From contig DEAI01000011.1 in NCBI GenBank assembly GCA_002346675.1, forward strand, positions 194,710 to 258,709: a stretch of DNA of 64,000 bases, read 5' to 3'. This document shows positions 38,139 to 46,453 of this stretch, piece after piece; position 1 is the first letter of the stretch, and each line of letters opens with the position of its first letter. The notes under the pieces were generated by a model that saw only the letters and a list, made by a program, of their open reading frames with translations, ran no database searches and had not been told where the DNA came from. Position numbers and translations under genes: made by a program. The DNA is from Fidelibacterota bacterium UBA2986 (GTDB taxonomy: Bacteria > Fidelibacterota > Marinisomatia > Marinisomatales > AB-629-J13).

Positions 38139-38760
38139 TCCTTTTGTCTCCCATAAAATGTCCGTGCCTTTCTTCAGGAAGCAAAGCTCCAATTCTGCAC
38201 ATAATCTCTTCACCAACTCTTTTTAAATCACGTTCTTTTTCTTCTTTAGCCTTTGAAATTGAAAAAGGCCCAAAAGGCTTCCCAATGTTAATTTGAACCT
38301 TCGGACGTATTCCCCTAAAAAGCCCATCCAAGCCATCCTCTAATCCAACTATTCCTACAGGAAGCATGGGGGTGTTCCCCGCAGCAGAAAGAAAGGCAGC
38401 ACCGTTTTTTGCTGGGCGCAACACCCTAGAGAGAGATGTTCCTTCTGGAAAAATTCCCAAGATGTCACCGGATTTTAAAGCGTGGATTGATTTTTTAATT
38501 GTAGAAGGAGCTAGTCTGGTACGGTCTGTGGGAATAAAACCATACAGAAAGGGTGCCCAAAGATATAGAGGTGTAATTACTTGGTCGCTGGCTGCTAAAA
38601 AACTAATTGGCCTCTGAACAGCATGAATAACAAAAGGAGGGTCAATATAGCTAAAGTGATTTACAACAACCACAAAAGGACCATTTTTGGGAACATTGTG
38701 TCTTCCATACACCTTTATTTTTGCTCCCAGACTACAAATAAACATTGAAAAAAAACCCAA
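38098..38760 (-). CDS. plsC: 1-acyl-sn-glycerol-3-phosphate acyltransferase family (PlsC-like)
   Basis: 220 aa. HX4D motif NHFSYID and the FPEGT motif. The start is uncertain: TTG at 38760 or ATG at 38745. Confidence 0.8.
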   Translation of the reverse strand: MGFFSMFICSLGAKIKVYGRHNVPKNGPFVVVVNHFSYIDPPFVIHAVQRPISFLAASDQVITPLYLWAPFLYGFIPTDRTRLAPSTIKKSIHALKSGDILGIFPEGTSLSRVLRPAKNGAAFLSAAGNTPMLPVGIVGLEDGLDGLFRGIRPKVQINIGKPFGPFSISKAKEEKERDLKRVGEEIMCRIGALLPEERHGHFMGDKRINRFRKQNGFPDF

Positions 38761-38895
38761 AAGGTAACGAACCCACCTTGGTCTCGGGGAATATCTATTT
38801 AAAAACTGGTATTTTTTAGGATTGTCTATTTTTTAAGTGAGACAGGGTGGATAAATAAAAGCCTAACTCGGAAACTAAAAACAGCTTAAACCGCC

Positions 38896-39294
38896 TTAAA
38901 AGGGGAGATCGTCATCGGAGCTATCATTTACTTCTCTAGAGCCACCCCCTACGTCAGTTTTTTTACCCAACATGGTTACCTCAGAGCCAACAACTTCTGT
39001 TTTATATTTTTTTGTACCACTGTCGTCTTCCCAAGATCGAGTTTGAAGTCTTCCTTCTATATAAATTAGTTGCCCTTTTTTTAAATATTCCCCAGCAAAC
39101 TCTGCTCGCTTTCCAAATAATACACAGCTGTGCCATTCTGTATGATCTACAAACGCTCCTTCAGCATTCTTTCGAGATTCATTAGTGGCTATATTAAAAT
39201 TAGCTACCGCCGTTCCTGATGGAGTAAACCTTGTTTCTGGATTAGCGCCCATATGACCTACTAATACGACCTTATTTACACTTCCTTTTTGCAT
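38896..39294 (-). CDS. ssb: Single-stranded DNA-binding protein
   Basis: 132 aa. OB-fold N-terminus (NKVVLVGHMGANPETRFTPSG...) and an acidic tail ending DDDLPF. Confidence 0.95.
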   Translation of the reverse strand: MQKGSVNKVVLVGHMGANPETRFTPSGTAVANFNIATNESRKNAEGAFVDHTEWHSCVLFGKRAEFAGEYLKKGQLIYIEGRLQTRSWEDDSGTKKYKTEVVGSEVTMLGKKTDVGGGSREVNDSSDDDLPF

Positions 39295-39386
39295 GTTGCC
39301 CCTCGTTTTTATGGTTAAAGTTTTGATAATTCATTTTGTAAAAGTTAAGGGAAAAATTCGCACAAAAAAAGGGGTGTCTAATAAAT

Positions 39387-40430
39387 TCAAAAAACCGACC
39401 TGTAAATTTCATCCAAAGCGTCCTTTGTAAATATAAAATAAACAGGGAGACTGTAAACCTCACAAGGAAAACTAACATCAGAAGTTTTATTCAAAAAAGA
39501 TGTCAGTTTAAACATATCTTTTTCTGTTGTTAAGATGAAATCGCTACCACTTGTTTTTACCTTTGATATAATATTTTCAATCATCTTTTTTGTATATATC
39601 TGATGATCTCTAAAGGACAGGTGGATTGAAATATTTAATTTTAAACTTTCAGCAGTTTTTAAAAACCCTGAGGGGTTACCAACACCAGAGACCAGCACAC
39701 CAACCTTGTCTCGCACTTCTTGAATTGAGACATTTTTTCCGTTTTTGTCCAAGAGAAAACCGGTTGGGCTAAGTGAGCCTTTGTAAATATTGGCTTTTGA
39801 TCTTTTATCAACATTAACTGAACGAGATGGAAAACTTCCCAAATTTGACTTACTTAGAACTATCAGGTCAGCTCTTCTTAGTTGTGATAAAGGTTCTCTT
39901 AAGTTACCAAAAGGAATTAGTCGATATTTTTCTCTACTATCTAAGCAATTTAAAAGCACAAGGTCAAGATCTCGTTTGATCCGACGGTGTTGAAAGGCGT
40001 CATCTAGAATAATAACATCGGGATTAAACCTTTCAATTAGATATTGACCTCCCCTAATACGGTTTGGGTCAACTACGATAGGAATAGACTTAAGAGAGTG
40101 TGCTGTAAAAAACGCCTCATCTCCAACAGACCGCCAATCAGAACAAATAGTTTTACCATCAGAGACAAGAACGGTTCCTTTTATTTTTTTTCTATATCCC
40201 CGACTAAGTATTGCAGCTGAAATATGTTTATCTTGGAAATATTTTGCTAAGGCAATCACAGCTGGGGTTTTTCCTGTCCCCCCTATACTAATATTTCCGA
40301 CACTAACGACCTTACACTTAAGACGAAAGGAAGGCAATATCATCAAATCATAACATATGTTTCGTATCTTTACAACAATTCTATAAATGACCCCTATAGG
40401 AGAAAGAATAAATCTAAATAATTTATTCAA
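39387..40430 (-). CDS. lpxK: Tetraacyldisaccharide 4'-kinase
   Basis: 347 aa. P-loop VGNISIGGTGKTP, then ILSRGY and ILDDAFQH. Confidence 0.9.
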   Translation of the reverse strand: MNKLFRFILSPIGVIYRIVVKIRNICYDLMILPSFRLKCKVVSVGNISIGGTGKTPAVIALAKYFQDKHISAAILSRGYRKKIKGTVLVSDGKTICSDWRSVGDEAFFTAHSLKSIPIVVDPNRIRGGQYLIERFNPDVIILDDAFQHRRIKRDLDLVLLNCLDSREKYRLIPFGNLREPLSQLRRADLIVLSKSNLGSFPSRSVNVDKRSKANIYKGSLSPTGFLLDKNGKNVSIQEVRDKVGVLVSGVGNPSGFLKTAESLKLNISIHLSFRDHQIYTKKMIENIISKVKTSGSDFILTTEKDMFKLTSFLNKTSDVSFPCEVYSLPVYFIFTKDALDEIYRSVF

Positions 40431-40436
40431 GCTAGT

Positions 40437-41075
40437 TTAGCCTTCCAGAATCATATCTACTTCAAGCTCAAGAGAGTCTAGCGCTTGTTTTAGTGTGTCT
40501 GCACATTCTTGAAAATCACCAGACGTATCAAACCGTAAAGGGTTTCCATAACGCAAGACAATTTTACTAAAAGGTTTAGAAACATAAAATGTATCCCAAT
40601 TGGTAAAGCCCCACCTGCTTTTTGCTTGGCCAATTGCGGGAATCACAATCGCACCTGTTTTTTGGGCAGCTCGTATTACACCTGGTTTTGGGATTTTTGC
40701 AGGGCCCTTTGGACCATCTGGAGTCATAGCAATAACTTCCCCGGGCCTAGATAAAACAGTGATCATTTCTTTAAACACCTCTTTTCCTCTGTCAGAGCTG
40801 GACCCTCGAAGCAATTTCCAGCCCACCTGTGCTCCAATTTGAGATATAAGCTCTGCGTCTTTATGCATTCCGGCCAAGGCATAATAATTATAAGAAGCTA
40901 GGTCCATAAAAACAGGCAGAACCTTACCATGCCAGATGGCAATAATAACGGTTTTTCCTGACCTGGTTAGCTCTTCTATTTGTTTGCGCCCCCTTACATC
41001 CCATCGGCATGTACCATAAAGAAACTTTAGTAAATATTTACTAAACAAGGATTTTAACTTCATTTTTGTAAACAT
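40437..41075 (-). CDS. DUF374-family lysophospholipid acyltransferase-like protein (LpxJ-like candidate)
   Basis: 212 aa. IIAIWHGKVLP...SSSDRGKEVF...MTPDGPKGPA is the DUF374 pattern. Sandwiched between lpxB and lpxK, with a 1-nt overlap on the lpxB stop. Confidence 0.7.
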   Translation of the reverse strand: MFTKMKLKSLFSKYLLKFLYGTCRWDVRGRKQIEELTRSGKTVIIAIWHGKVLPVFMDLASYNYYALAGMHKDAELISQIGAQVGWKLLRGSSSDRGKEVFKEMITVLSRPGEVIAMTPDGPKGPAKIPKPGVIRAAQKTGAIVIPAIGQAKSRWGFTNWDTFYVSKPFSKIVLRYGNPLRFDTSGDFQECADTLKQALDSLELEVDMILEG

Positions 41076-42199
41076 TAAAAATGTTTATTTAAAACAGCCT
41101 CAGCAGCTCTATCATATACTCCAGGAAGGCCCAAACTTCGTCTTACAGCCTCAAACTGAAGCAGCATGTTTTTGCGTTCACCAGAGCGATTGAAAAGATT
41201 TAAAACAGAGCCCGCAATGAGCTTTGGTTTCATGGCTGTTTGTAAGAACTCAGGCACTATTTTTTTTCCTGCAATTAAATTTACCATAGACGCGAAAGGA
41301 ACATTGGTAAGATGTTTAATTATCTGCCATGAAAACCAAGACATCCTGTAACATACAACGACAGGAGTATCATGAACCGCACATTCAAGTGTCGCTGTTC
41401 CCGATGAGGATAGAGCGGCATCAGCATAGAGTATGGAACATTTTGTAAGCTTGTTCTCTGTTCGAATAAAACTCGGAATTGGATTTAAAGTTACAGCCGG
41501 ACTTTTTGCAACACAAAACTGGACATTTGGGTTTTCTGCTTTAATAAACTCAACGGATTTCAAAAAAACACTCCAGTGGCGGTCAACTTCCTGCTGTCTA
41601 CTTCCCGGAAGAAGGACAAGCAGCGGGTCTGATTTCTCAAAGTTGTGACGTAAAAAAAACGCATCCTTTGTTTCTTCTGGAAAATATTGTTCTGAAAAGG
41701 GATGTCCTGGATAGTGAACGGAAACCCCACGGTCTTCAAACCATTTTTGTTCAAACGGAAAAATACACAGAGATTGATTTACATATTTTTTTAATATTTC
41801 GACACGCTTTTCTTTCCAAGCCCAAACCTGTGGAAGAATAAAATAGGTAATAGGGATATAGCTCATCTTCAACCTCTTTGCAAGTCTAAGGTTAAACCCA
41901 GGATAGTCAATTAAAATAACCCTATCAGGTCTCAGTTTTTCAATAGCCTTAACTGTTTCTCCCATAACTTTTATCATAAAAGGTAGGTGTTTTAAGACCT
42001 CTGAAAATCCCATCATAGAAAGAGAGTCCACATGTCTTAATATTTGGAGACCCTCCCCTTTCATTCTATTTCCTCCATGTCCAATAAACCGAGAGGAGGG
42101 GTGTATCTTTTTTAACGATCGCATTAGTCGAGACCCATGAAGGTCTCCAGATTCTTCTCCAGCAACCACAAAAAAAGTCAGAGCGCGAGAATCAGTCAT
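41075..42199 (-). CDS. lpxB: Lipid-A-disaccharide synthase
   Basis: 374 aa. N-terminal FVVAGEESGDLHGSRLM, DYPGFNLRLAK, and LLPGSRQQEV. Confidence 0.93.
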   Translation of the reverse strand: MTDSRALTFFVVAGEESGDLHGSRLMRSLKKIHPSSRFIGHGGNRMKGEGLQILRHVDSLSMMGFSEVLKHLPFMIKVMGETVKAIEKLRPDRVILIDYPGFNLRLAKRLKMSYIPITYFILPQVWAWKEKRVEILKKYVNQSLCIFPFEQKWFEDRGVSVHYPGHPFSEQYFPEETKDAFFLRHNFEKSDPLLVLLPGSRQQEVDRHWSVFLKSVEFIKAENPNVQFCVAKSPAVTLNPIPSFIRTENKLTKCSILYADAALSSSGTATLECAVHDTPVVVCYRMSWFSWQIIKHLTNVPFASMVNLIAGKKIVPEFLQTAMKPKLIAGSVLNLFNRSGERKNMLLQFEAVRRSLGLPGVYDRAAEAVLNKHF

Positions 42200-42208
42200 A
42201 TTTTTGTG

Positions 42209-42781
42209 TTATATTTGGTTTCGAATAAAAACCAGCAATAGAACAAAAACGATATTCTGTAAGGTACGTTTTTCTGTTTTTAGTGTATCAAAAATCGGTT
42301 TGGGTGATATAGGTTTTTCGGTTTTCCAGGGCCTCACTCGAGGAAGAAGAGAAGGTACGTTTTGTTTATATTTTATATACTCTTTACCAAAAAGCTTATA
42401 CAAAGATTCCTCTTCTAGAGACACGATCAAACTATATTGTACAATAAAAAACAACCAAGTAACACTCACCATTACCCAAAGGTTTTCATTTCCTGCTATA
42501 AAAACGAAAGCCGTATAGAGAATCATATTTCCTATATACAAAGGATTTCTCACTCTTGAATACGGCCCAGACGTACACAGAAAAGGTGCGCCAACCTTTG
42601 TTGTGCGTGTGGCTCCTCCAGCATATCGAACTGCCCAGATTCTGATAGATTCTCCCAAAAACAATAAAGCTATACCCCAACTCAAAAACGAATGGTTTGG
42701 TGAAGCAAAAAATATAATTAGTAAGGCAAGAGGAATAGGTGTAAAGCTTCTGTATTTAAAAAATGTGTTCCGGATATTCAT
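42209..42781 (-). CDS. Isoprenylcysteine carboxyl methyltransferase (ICMT/Ste14/PEMT)-family membrane methyltransferase
   Basis: 190 aa polytopic protein. GPYSRVRNPLYIGNMILYTAF and EEESLYKLFGKEYIKYKQNV are the ICMT-family C-terminal signature. Confidence 0.75.
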   Translation of the reverse strand: MNIRNTFFKYRSFTPIPLALLIIFFASPNHSFLSWGIALLFLGESIRIWAVRYAGGATRTTKVGAPFLCTSGPYSRVRNPLYIGNMILYTAFVFIAGNENLWVMVSVTWLFFIVQYSLIVSLEEESLYKLFGKEYIKYKQNVPSLLPRVRPWKTEKPISPKPIFDTLKTEKRTLQNIVFVLLLVFIRNQI

Positions 42782-42790
42782 AAATAATTA

Positions 42791-43774
42791 TTAGTGGAGA
42801 TCTTCCAAAATTAAATCATGAATTTGCTCTGCTATCGCTAAAACGTTTCTCCCAGATATTCCTGTTACTGCTGGAGTTGAATTTCCCCTTAAAGAATCTG
42901 CAAAGTTTTCTAGCTCCATTTTTAGGGCGTCATTGTGTAAAACCGTAGGTTTTTTATAAACGATTTCTTTTTGTGTTCCCTTATAATTTAAGGGAGCTGT
43001 CAATTCAGTGTGAGTACTATCTTTATTAACAACCTGATACACTTCCGTGAGATTTAAAAGCATATCAATGGTTACATACATGTTCTTTTGAAAAAGCTTT
43101 ATTTTTCGCACCTTATCTTTTGCGATTCGGCTGGATGTAAGGCTGGCAACAGTACCGTTTTCGAACCGTATTCTTGCATGTGCGATATCTACAGAGTCAG
43201 TCATAATAGATAGACCTGTGGCGGCAACACTTTTTACTCCCGAATCAACAAAACTTAGTAGAATGTCTATATCGTGTGTCATAAGGTCTAAAACCACAGG
43301 AACATCTGTTCCACGGGAGGTGTAGGGCGCGAGTCTTTGAACTTCGATAAATTTTGGGTTAAGTTGACAGTCTTTTACTGCCAAAAGAGCAGGGTTAAAT
43401 CTCTCAATGTGTCCAACCTGGATAAACACGTTATTTTCTTCTGCAGCACTTAATAAAGAGTCCGCAGACTGTACAGAATGAGAAATAGGCTTTTCAATAA
43501 AAACACTTTTTCCTTTTTGAATACATTCCAAGGCTGTGTGAAAATGATCAGCTGTTGGCGTTACAATAGTTAAACCATCGCTCTTATCTATAAGTTTTTC
43601 TAGGCTATAAAAAGACTTAACGCGATAGGTAGAAGCAATTTCTTCGGATCTAGCTTTGTTTTTATCATATATACCGGAAAAACTAAGATTGTCCATTTCC
43701 ACTAAATGTTTAACATGGTGCTGTCCTAAATGCCCCACTCCAATGACGCCTATTTTGGGTTGGTTATTTTCCAT
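42791..43774 (-). CDS. Gfo/Idh/MocA-family NAD(P)-dependent oxidoreductase (sugar-nucleotide dehydrogenase-like)
   Basis: 327 aa. Rossmann N-terminus KIGVIGVGHLGQHH, then FIEKP and VGHIERFNPA. Confidence 0.85.
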   Translation of the reverse strand: MENNQPKIGVIGVGHLGQHHVKHLVEMDNLSFSGIYDKNKARSEEIASTYRVKSFYSLEKLIDKSDGLTIVTPTADHFHTALECIQKGKSVFIEKPISHSVQSADSLLSAAEENNVFIQVGHIERFNPALLAVKDCQLNPKFIEVQRLAPYTSRGTDVPVVLDLMTHDIDILLSFVDSGVKSVAATGLSIMTDSVDIAHARIRFENGTVASLTSSRIAKDKVRKIKLFQKNMYVTIDMLLNLTEVYQVVNKDSTHTELTAPLNYKGTQKEIVYKKPTVLHNDALKMELENFADSLRGNSTPAVTGISGRNVLAIAEQIHDLILEDLH

Positions 43775-43797
43775 TTTAATCTTTAATACAGTAGAAT

Positions 43798-44892
43798 TTA
43801 AACATTAAATCGAAAATAAATACAGTCCCCATCGTTCACAATATAATTTTTCCCTTCCATTTTAGCTAAACCACGGTCTCTTACAGACTTTTCAGATCCA
43901 AACTGATCTAAATCATTATACTTATAGACCTCTGCCTTAATAAAACCTCTCTGAAAATCCGAGTGAATAACTCCGGCTGCTTCAGGAGCAGTTAATCCTT
44001 TTTTTATAGTCCAAGCTCTCACCTCTTTTGATCCACCTGTAAAGTAAGTGTGCAGCCCCAAAAGATCAAAAGATGCGCGGATGACCTTGCCCAACCCTGC
44101 TTCTTTTAATCTATACTCATTTAAAAATTCAGTTTTTTCTTCTGGAGGTAAGGAAGCTATTTCTTGTTCGATTTGTCCACAAATTCTGATAGCGGTGTTT
44201 CCTTCTTTTTTTGCAAAATTAAAAAGTTGTTGAACAATGGCCCCTCTCTCTTTTGAAGTAATTTCTTGTTCATCTACATTTGAAATATATAGAATAGGTT
44301 TTGCAGAAAGAAGATGGAGCCCACGAAGTATAATGTTTTCTTCTTTATCTCTTTTTATCATTCTAGCTTGATGTCCTTCGTTGCAGTGTTTGGTTAGTTT
44401 AGATAAAAAACCATACTCCTTTTTAATTTTTTTATCTCCAGTTTTTATTAGCTTTTCTGTTTTCTCCAACCTCTTCCGTATGGTTTCCAGGTCAGACAAA
44501 AGAAGTTCTGTTTCAATAATTTCTGCATCTCGAACGGGGTTGACTGAGCCATCAACATGGGTTATGTTTTTATTTTCAAAACACCTCACCACATGTACCA
44601 GAGCATCAACCTGCCTAATCTGCCCTAAAAAACGATTTCCCAACCCCTCTCCTTTGCTGGCGCCTTTAACCAGACCAGCAATATCAGTAAACTCAACTGT
44701 AGCCGAAGTCACAGTTTCAGGATTAAAAATTTCTCTTAACCGATTGAGCCTTAAGTCCGGAAGTTGCACAACACCGACATGAGGGTCAATAGTACAAAAT
44801 GGATAGTTTTCCGCAGGAACTGAAGAAGCAGTCAAAGCATTAAACAATGTGGACTTACCTACATTTGGTAAGCCAATAATTCCACAGCGCAT
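43798..44892 (-). CDS. ychF: Redox-regulated ribosome-binding ATPase YchF
   Basis: 364 aa. GIIGLPNVGKSTLFNALT, DIAGLVKGAS, and a C-terminal TGS-like region. Confidence 0.95.
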   Translation of the reverse strand: MRCGIIGLPNVGKSTLFNALTASSVPAENYPFCTIDPHVGVVQLPDLRLNRLREIFNPETVTSATVEFTDIAGLVKGASKGEGLGNRFLGQIRQVDALVHVVRCFENKNITHVDGSVNPVRDAEIIETELLLSDLETIRKRLEKTEKLIKTGDKKIKKEYGFLSKLTKHCNEGHQARMIKRDKEENIILRGLHLLSAKPILYISNVDEQEITSKERGAIVQQLFNFAKKEGNTAIRICGQIEQEIASLPPEEKTEFLNEYRLKEAGLGKVIRASFDLLGLHTYFTGGSKEVRAWTIKKGLTAPEAAGVIHSDFQRGFIKAEVYKYNDLDQFGSEKSVRDRGLAKMEGKNYIVNDGDCIYFRFNV

Positions 44893-44901
44893 TTATTTTA
44901 T

Positions 44902-45447
44902 TTAAAAAGGATCTAAACGGGGGTCCATTCCGGTATCCCATACCAGTTTATCAAATAACCCCACCTGCAAATCTTTGGCAAAATATATTTCTTTTTTGTT
45001 AGCCTTTACCACTGCATCTCCCCACACCATATACATAGACCTAGAAACTAACTTACGGACATCAATTGTATAGATTATTGAGTTGTGATATGGACGAACC
45101 TGTCCTTTGAATTTTAGTTCTTTAACACCCAGCGCTCTTCCTCTTCCTCTTCCCCCAGTCCACGAAAGGAAAAAGCCAAGGAGCTGCCACAGTCCGTCTA
45201 GCCCAAGACAGCCAGGCATAACAGGATCATTTTCAAAGTGACACTTAAAAAACCAGAGGTTAGGATCTATGTTCATCTCAGCGATTATTTTTCCTTTTTT
45301 ATACTTTCCTCCATTGTCTGAAATATGAGAAATTCTATCCACCATAAGCATAGGAGGTTTTGGTAGTTTTCCATTTTTTTCTCCGAACATAATACCATTA
45401 GAGGCCTCAATGATGTCTTCTTTAGTATAAGATGATTTACGTTTCAT
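44902..45447 (-). CDS. fabA: 3-hydroxydecanoyl-ACP dehydratase / trans-2-decenoyl-ACP isomerase
   Basis: 181 aa. The active-site region FFKCHFENDPVMPGCLGLDGLWQLLGFFL closely parallels E. coli FabA. Confidence 0.87.
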   Translation of the reverse strand: MKRKSSYTKEDIIEASNGIMFGEKNGKLPKPPMLMVDRISHISDNGGKYKKGKIIAEMNIDPNLWFFKCHFENDPVMPGCLGLDGLWQLLGFFLSWTGGRGRGRALGVKELKFKGQVRPYHNSIIYTIDVRKLVSRSMYMVWGDAVVKANKKEIYFAKDLQVGLFDKLVWDTGMDPRLDPF

Positions 45448-45570
45448 TATTTACTTTTGATAATCTTTAAATTTACGATGGATATACAGACACATCAGCA
45501 GAGATTGTATACACATAATTTTTAAATTCTAGATAAGAATTGGTTTTGAAAATAATCATAAGGATTTATT

Positions 45571-46353
45571 ATGTCTAAATGGGCTTTAATATTAGGATGT
45601 TCCACTGGTCACGGGGGAGCTACAGCAAAAAAACTCGCAGGTAAAGGATATGGAATCGTTGGTTTTCACTTTGATAGAGGGGAACTAAAAAAAGAAGCAG
45701 AAAAAACAAAAGAAGAAATTTCAGATTTAAATGGTGGTATGGTAGAGTTTTGGAACACCAATGCTGCTTCACTGGAGACTATGGATAAATATATTCCACA
45801 GATAAAAGATATAACCAAGGGAACACCACTAAAACTACTGCTTCACTCTATAGCCTTTGGAACCACCACAAACTTTTTTAGTGACAAGCCTGTAAGTCAA
45901 AAACAAATGGATATGACTGTTCATGTCATGGGAAATTCACTTTTATATTGGACACAAAAATTGTTTAAAGCAGACCTAATAGCAAAGGGCTCTAGAATTA
46001 TGGGACTTACAAGCGAAGGTAATTACGTAGCAATGGAAGGTTATGGACCCGTTAGTGTTGCAAAAGTTGCCATGGAAGCCATAATTAGGCAAATCGGCTG
46101 GGAACTAGGACAATACGGAATTACCTCAAATGCTATCCAGGCGGGAGTGACCCCCACAAGAGCACTGACAAAAATAACTGACAGATGGGAGGACTGGGTA
46201 GAGAACACAAAAAAACGCAACCCCATGAGAAGAACAACAACACCGCAAGATGTTGCAAATACTGTATCACTTTTAATGAAACCAGAGGCAGATTTCATTA
46301 ATTGTTCCATCATTTACTGTGACGGAGGAGAACACCGTTCAGGAATGGTGTAA
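45571..46353 (+). CDS. SDR-family protein with a FabI/FabL-type Y-x6-K motif (candidate enoyl-ACP reductase)
   Basis: 260 aa. Gly-rich N-terminus ALILGCSTGHGGATAKKLA. YGPVSVAKVAMEA has Y-x6-K spacing rather than the classical SDR Y-x3-K, and it aligns by eye with B. subtilis FabL YTTVGVSKAALEA. Confidence 0.6.
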   Translation: MSKWALILGCSTGHGGATAKKLAGKGYGIVGFHFDRGELKKEAEKTKEEISDLNGGMVEFWNTNAASLETMDKYIPQIKDITKGTPLKLLLHSIAFGTTTNFFSDKPVSQKQMDMTVHVMGNSLLYWTQKLFKADLIAKGSRIMGLTSEGNYVAMEGYGPVSVAKVAMEAIIRQIGWELGQYGITSNAIQAGVTPTRALTKITDRWEDWVENTKKRNPMRRTTTPQDVANTVSLLMKPEADFINCSIIYCDGGEHRSGMV

Positions 46354-46374
46354 AAGCAAACTTAATATTGCTTT
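46353..46374 (+). terminator. Hairpin directly after the SDR gene stop
   Basis: AAAGCAA (46353..46359) pairs with TTGCTTT (46368..46374) around an 8-nt loop. A T-rich tract follows a few nt downstream. Confidence 0.35.
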
Positions 46375-46453
46375 AAGTAGATTTTTTTAGTTTTTTTTAG
46401 ACGCTGAATTGGTGTCCTATTGCTCAGGTTATAAAAAGACTTAAGGCCTAAAT

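Noticed and set aside
39272-39478. 68-aa ORF bridging the lpxK 3' end and the ssb upstream region.
   Set aside because: It overlaps the lpxK coding sequence in another frame and has no motif. The region is better explained as the lpxK terminus plus the ssb promoter and RBS.
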